DNA of 64,000 nt from the NCBI GenBank assembly GCA_964187785.1, contig OZ076409.1, forward strand, positions 17,300,001 to 17,364,000, read 5' to 3'. The position numbers and the translations under genes are program-made. A model generated the notes under the pieces. That model was not told the DNA's origin, ran no database searches, and was given only the letters and a program-made list of their open reading frames with translations. Each line of letters opens with the position of its first letter. Within the stretch, counting starts at the first letter, position 1. This document shows, one piece after another, positions 60,107-64,000 of the stretch. This stretch comes from Amphiscolops sp. MND2022. Lineage: Eukaryota.

Positions 60107-63100
60107 TGCAGGATCTCACTTGGTTGCACCCGCCGTATTTCTCCATATAATTAGTTTTGCTGTAAAGAAGGTTTACTTCGGTTGTGACAAGAAATTAATA
60201 AAAAATGAACAAGTCATACGAATAGCATGAAGGAAAAAGTCGAGAAATACGTGTATCATAAATAGCGTAAATCGATTGAAATTTGAATGATCAAAATGTA
60301 CAATCGGCTTAGAAATGGCAGACAAATGTATGCACATAAATCAAGCCATTTTGAGTTTATACCCGAATTCTACTGTCTGAAAATGACACTACATTTATAG
60401 AAGTGAAACTACATTTACTCTCATTTACACGGATTGGCTAGTTTATGATTATTCTATCTATGGAAATAAACGGGAAACATTGTGCATATTACCTTCTCTT
60501 CCGTGCATTAGTCGCAACTACTAACAACATTTTGGTATAGTCTTTTGGAACTATTTCTCAAAACGAGGTCTCCGGGCTTACAACTACACCACGGAGCTGA
60601 AATAGCTTGACTTGTACTTTCTTTCATCGGATCAGATTGAAACCCTATGGAAGTCAATTTTAAGAGTGAGGCGCGAAACCTCGCATGAGATGAAATCATC
60701 AAGGTTATTATCATCAAAAAATGAAATAATTGCAGTTGGTTGTTGGGCTTTCCATTGTTTCTGAAACTTTCATTCTAGTTGACTTGACTATAATTTACAT
60801 CGGTAAATTATTGCTACCATCCCATCAAACAGATAAATATGATTAGTTTGGATCAATCGAAGACATGAATTAAAACGAAACAACTTGCTCCGTTGACGAC
60901 GAAGGGGCATTAGCTTGCCAAAATACTAACCCTTACAGTGGTAAAGAAATAGGCAAAATTTCTGTAGTACCATTAGATTACTTCATCACTTACGTCACGA
61001 GAAACGGTCGTCGCTATAATTGGCAAGAGAATTCAAGTAAATTGATCAATCGATGACATTAGTCGACTAGAATCAAAGGAGTTAGCTTGTCAACTTTACA
61101 CTAAAGATCGTAGCATTGGATTTGATTGGATAAATTGTTCTGGGACTTTTCAGACATTTACAAAAATCATGGATAACCGAGCCTTTCAAAGTAAATACAA
61201 CTAGCACAGTTTAACTGGCTGCACAAACACTCGAAAATGAGAATGCTGAAAGAGTTTTTCGTTACAGCAATTTTTCAATAACGGATTTCAATTTCTCAAC
61301 ATGACATTTTTGTGACCGATGTCAGATGAGGACATTCATTAATGGTTTATGCCATAGAGTAGAAGTGGTAGGAAAGTCAGTAAAAGTTAAACGTGTGATT
61401 GGATTCCTCCTGTTTTTCCGGAACTTTTTACCTAACTTGATGAACATCTTGATCCACTCTACAATGTATTGAGAAAAAACGTAGCATTCGAAAAAGCGGA
61501 TGAAATGAAAGGAGCCTTTTATACCCTGAAAGAGATACTTCCACACAAAACCTAGACGTGGACGGCAAAACGGAGAGTCCAATAGGCGGGAAAAAGTTAA
61601 AAAGGAAAGTTACTCACGTGATTGGAGAAGTCGTCGTCCGTCGGGTGTTGGTTTAGAGGTTAATTAGTGGTTAATGATGTTCAAAAATGTCCTCGGTCTC
61701 CACCGCGTGGCATGGTTCAATTCAAACATCAAATCTTAAAAAACGCTGTTGTGTTAGACATCACCAGTGAAGGATTGCACAGCAAGAACAAAGATTAGGT
61801 TTATCAGAAAGGCATTGAAACACAGTTCGCTGCTTACAAGCCAACCACAAACATACCAGACGTAACGTGTTATCAAATACTACCTGTATGCAGGAAAAGT
61901 CAACTCCGACACCTGGCGAATTACCGCCTCAATATGATACGACTTGAATTTAAATAGGACTTTTTTTGTTCAGAACATCTAATCACCTACCACGCTTTTC
62001 GTCGATCAGTGATGACACATCTACCTTAATTTGTGTAAAAATCCTAATCACTGACCACGCTGTCCATCGATCAGTGATGCAAATTAAACACAATTAACGA
62101 ATACCTGTCTTGATTCACACGAATCTTTACCGAATCGTTCACCACTTTTTCCATTGATGAGTAGATAGAAAAATCAGAAAAATTCAAGTTGAAACTCACT
62201 ATAAGTTCTATAAGAGAGAAGATAAATTTACAAGTAACGGTTTCAATTATCCATACATAAAGTAAAGAGGCTCAAATACAACTTGGCCAAAAAATTGGAA
62301 GAAAATTTTAAAGCGTAAATATCAAATAGCAAAAACAGCTGAAACGAATTGTTCATAAATACACAATAAAACAAAGTCAAACGCAAAAACTAATATCAAT
62401 AAAGCAAAATCAAAATGGAAATGTAAAGCTTCCAATTCTATCTGTAAATTTTATAAATTCATTCTGATAAAGCTGATAAAGCTACTTTGCTACTGATATA
62501 CTTGCTGCTGAATGTGAACAGAGTTATAATAGACACTGAGATCCATATAAAATTCTACTCCGTACTAATGTCTGTTCACGTGATGTAATTCAACATATTT
62601 ATTTCCTTCCTTTTAGTCAGAGAGCTCATTTACCTACTCTGCCTTGCACTTACTCACGCAACTTCCTATCTTCGCACGTACACCGAGGCACTTCCTTTCT
62701 AGTATTTCTCAGGCGTAAGCTTTGAGGCTTTCTTACTCATTTCTACTCAATAATTGAATAGTCGCCTGAAAGTACTTTGCAAAATGCTAAGTAAACTGAA
62801 CTGACTAATACGGATAACGATCGAACAGTCCTTGAAAAGAGAAAGCCGAAAATAGTAATTTAAAATCTATCCACGCGTGCGACAGTATCGTAATGAGGAT
62901 GCAGTATGGACTTCTTCGCAATGCGATCTACCACTCAAGTGTCTTCGTACCCCCCTGATTGCGTTTTTTTTTAAAAAAAAACACCTAAACATAGGTTATC
63001 AAAACTTACGGACCTGTTTCTTTTAGGTCAAAGGCCTTCGAAATAGCTCAACTCGAGTTGTCGATATACTGCATAGAATTTCTTTCTTTCATTGTTCTTT

Positions 63101-64000
63101 GCCCTTTAAACATTCTCACGTTTCATCTTATCTGGGGATGCAGATATCAGTTGTCATATTGACAAATGATAAAAGCGGAACAAGTTTCTTCCTGGCAAAA
63201 ACGATCCTTCCATCACTGTGTTCAATCACGGATTTCAACATTGGAATCGCCCTTATTCCAAACAGCAGCCGACTTCCTTTCCCGCCCACAGGTCGATTTC
63301 AATGAGAATGCGGAACTTACTGATAAAAAGTTGTTTCGAGAAAAAGGAACTGATATCAAAACCGAACAACTAGTTTTTAAAAACGAACACTTCGAAGGTG
63401 ACTTACCAGTTATCTTACTCCAAGTAAATTTTATCCATGTTTTGATAACACTGTAGCAATTGAATAATTTCAAACAAACTGTTCGGGGAGTCAAAAGCAT
63501 AAGGGTAGGGCAGATATTACTCTCACGAAATACGTCCAACGTTAACTGCAGATCAGAGCAAGATTCGAACCGAATATGTTGGACAAGTACCCAGAGCTGA
63601 AGACGTCTGGGACGTCTGAAGATTAGCGAAATGACACAAGAACGGTGAAAAGAAGCTCTGTTGCAAAACGTCTTGAATTGACTTCAAGAAGTACCACTCT
63701 CGAGCATATATGCTTACAACACTGAACAGAAAGAACCGAAGTACTTTCACTATTAAAGAAATAAAAAATGGACTATCTTCCGAAACAAAACCGCGAAACC
63801 GATAAAATGAAGCTTTTGCATTCGAAATATCAAGGACAGCTCAGCATAACATCAGCCGAACTAACAACCGAAAGCAAGCAAAGAACACCCGTTTGGGAAC
63901 TCACTCAATAGTCCTTGCCCATCAGGTAATTCAAGTTGAAATTCCACCAAACCCAAAAACCCCTTAGAACACTTCGGGTAATTAGCATAAGTGCATCAAT

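Noticed and set aside
62009..62054. C/D-box snoRNA (gtgatga ... ctga)
   Set aside because: About 46 nt is too short, and the boxes are by-products of the local duplicated inverted repeat.

Overview
AT-rich, intron-containing animal genomic DNA (GT-AG introns, metazoan-type proteins; the lineage cannot be fixed from the sequence alone). Six host genes are visible, all on the + strand: the 3' part of a syntenin (two-PDZ) gene, a 13-exon Bloom-type RecQ helicase, a two-finger C2H2 protein, an intronless transketolase, a paralogous second two-finger C2H2 protein and an SLC37-type sugar-phosphate exchanger. Introns and intergenic DNA are filled with two families of non-autonomous elements with Helentron/DINE-1-like (HINE) ends. 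One family is modular, often carries tRNA-like cassettes, nests inside itself and has amplified into a ~10.8 kb tandem array (32.2-43.0 kb). Decayed retroelements are also present: an L2/CR1-type LINE (SGNH-esterase ORF1, 2A-like motif, APE, RT), a Copia-order LTR element and a CRE-like 3' fragment, plus a TA-flanked MITE. Strongest leads: a shared unrecognised N-terminal domain in the two zinc-finger paralogs, an operon/trans-splicing-like layout between the first zinc-finger gene and transketolase, and the HINE system with tRNA-like cassettes and satellite formation. Exon boundaries were read by eye from splice signals and reading frame, without transcript data.
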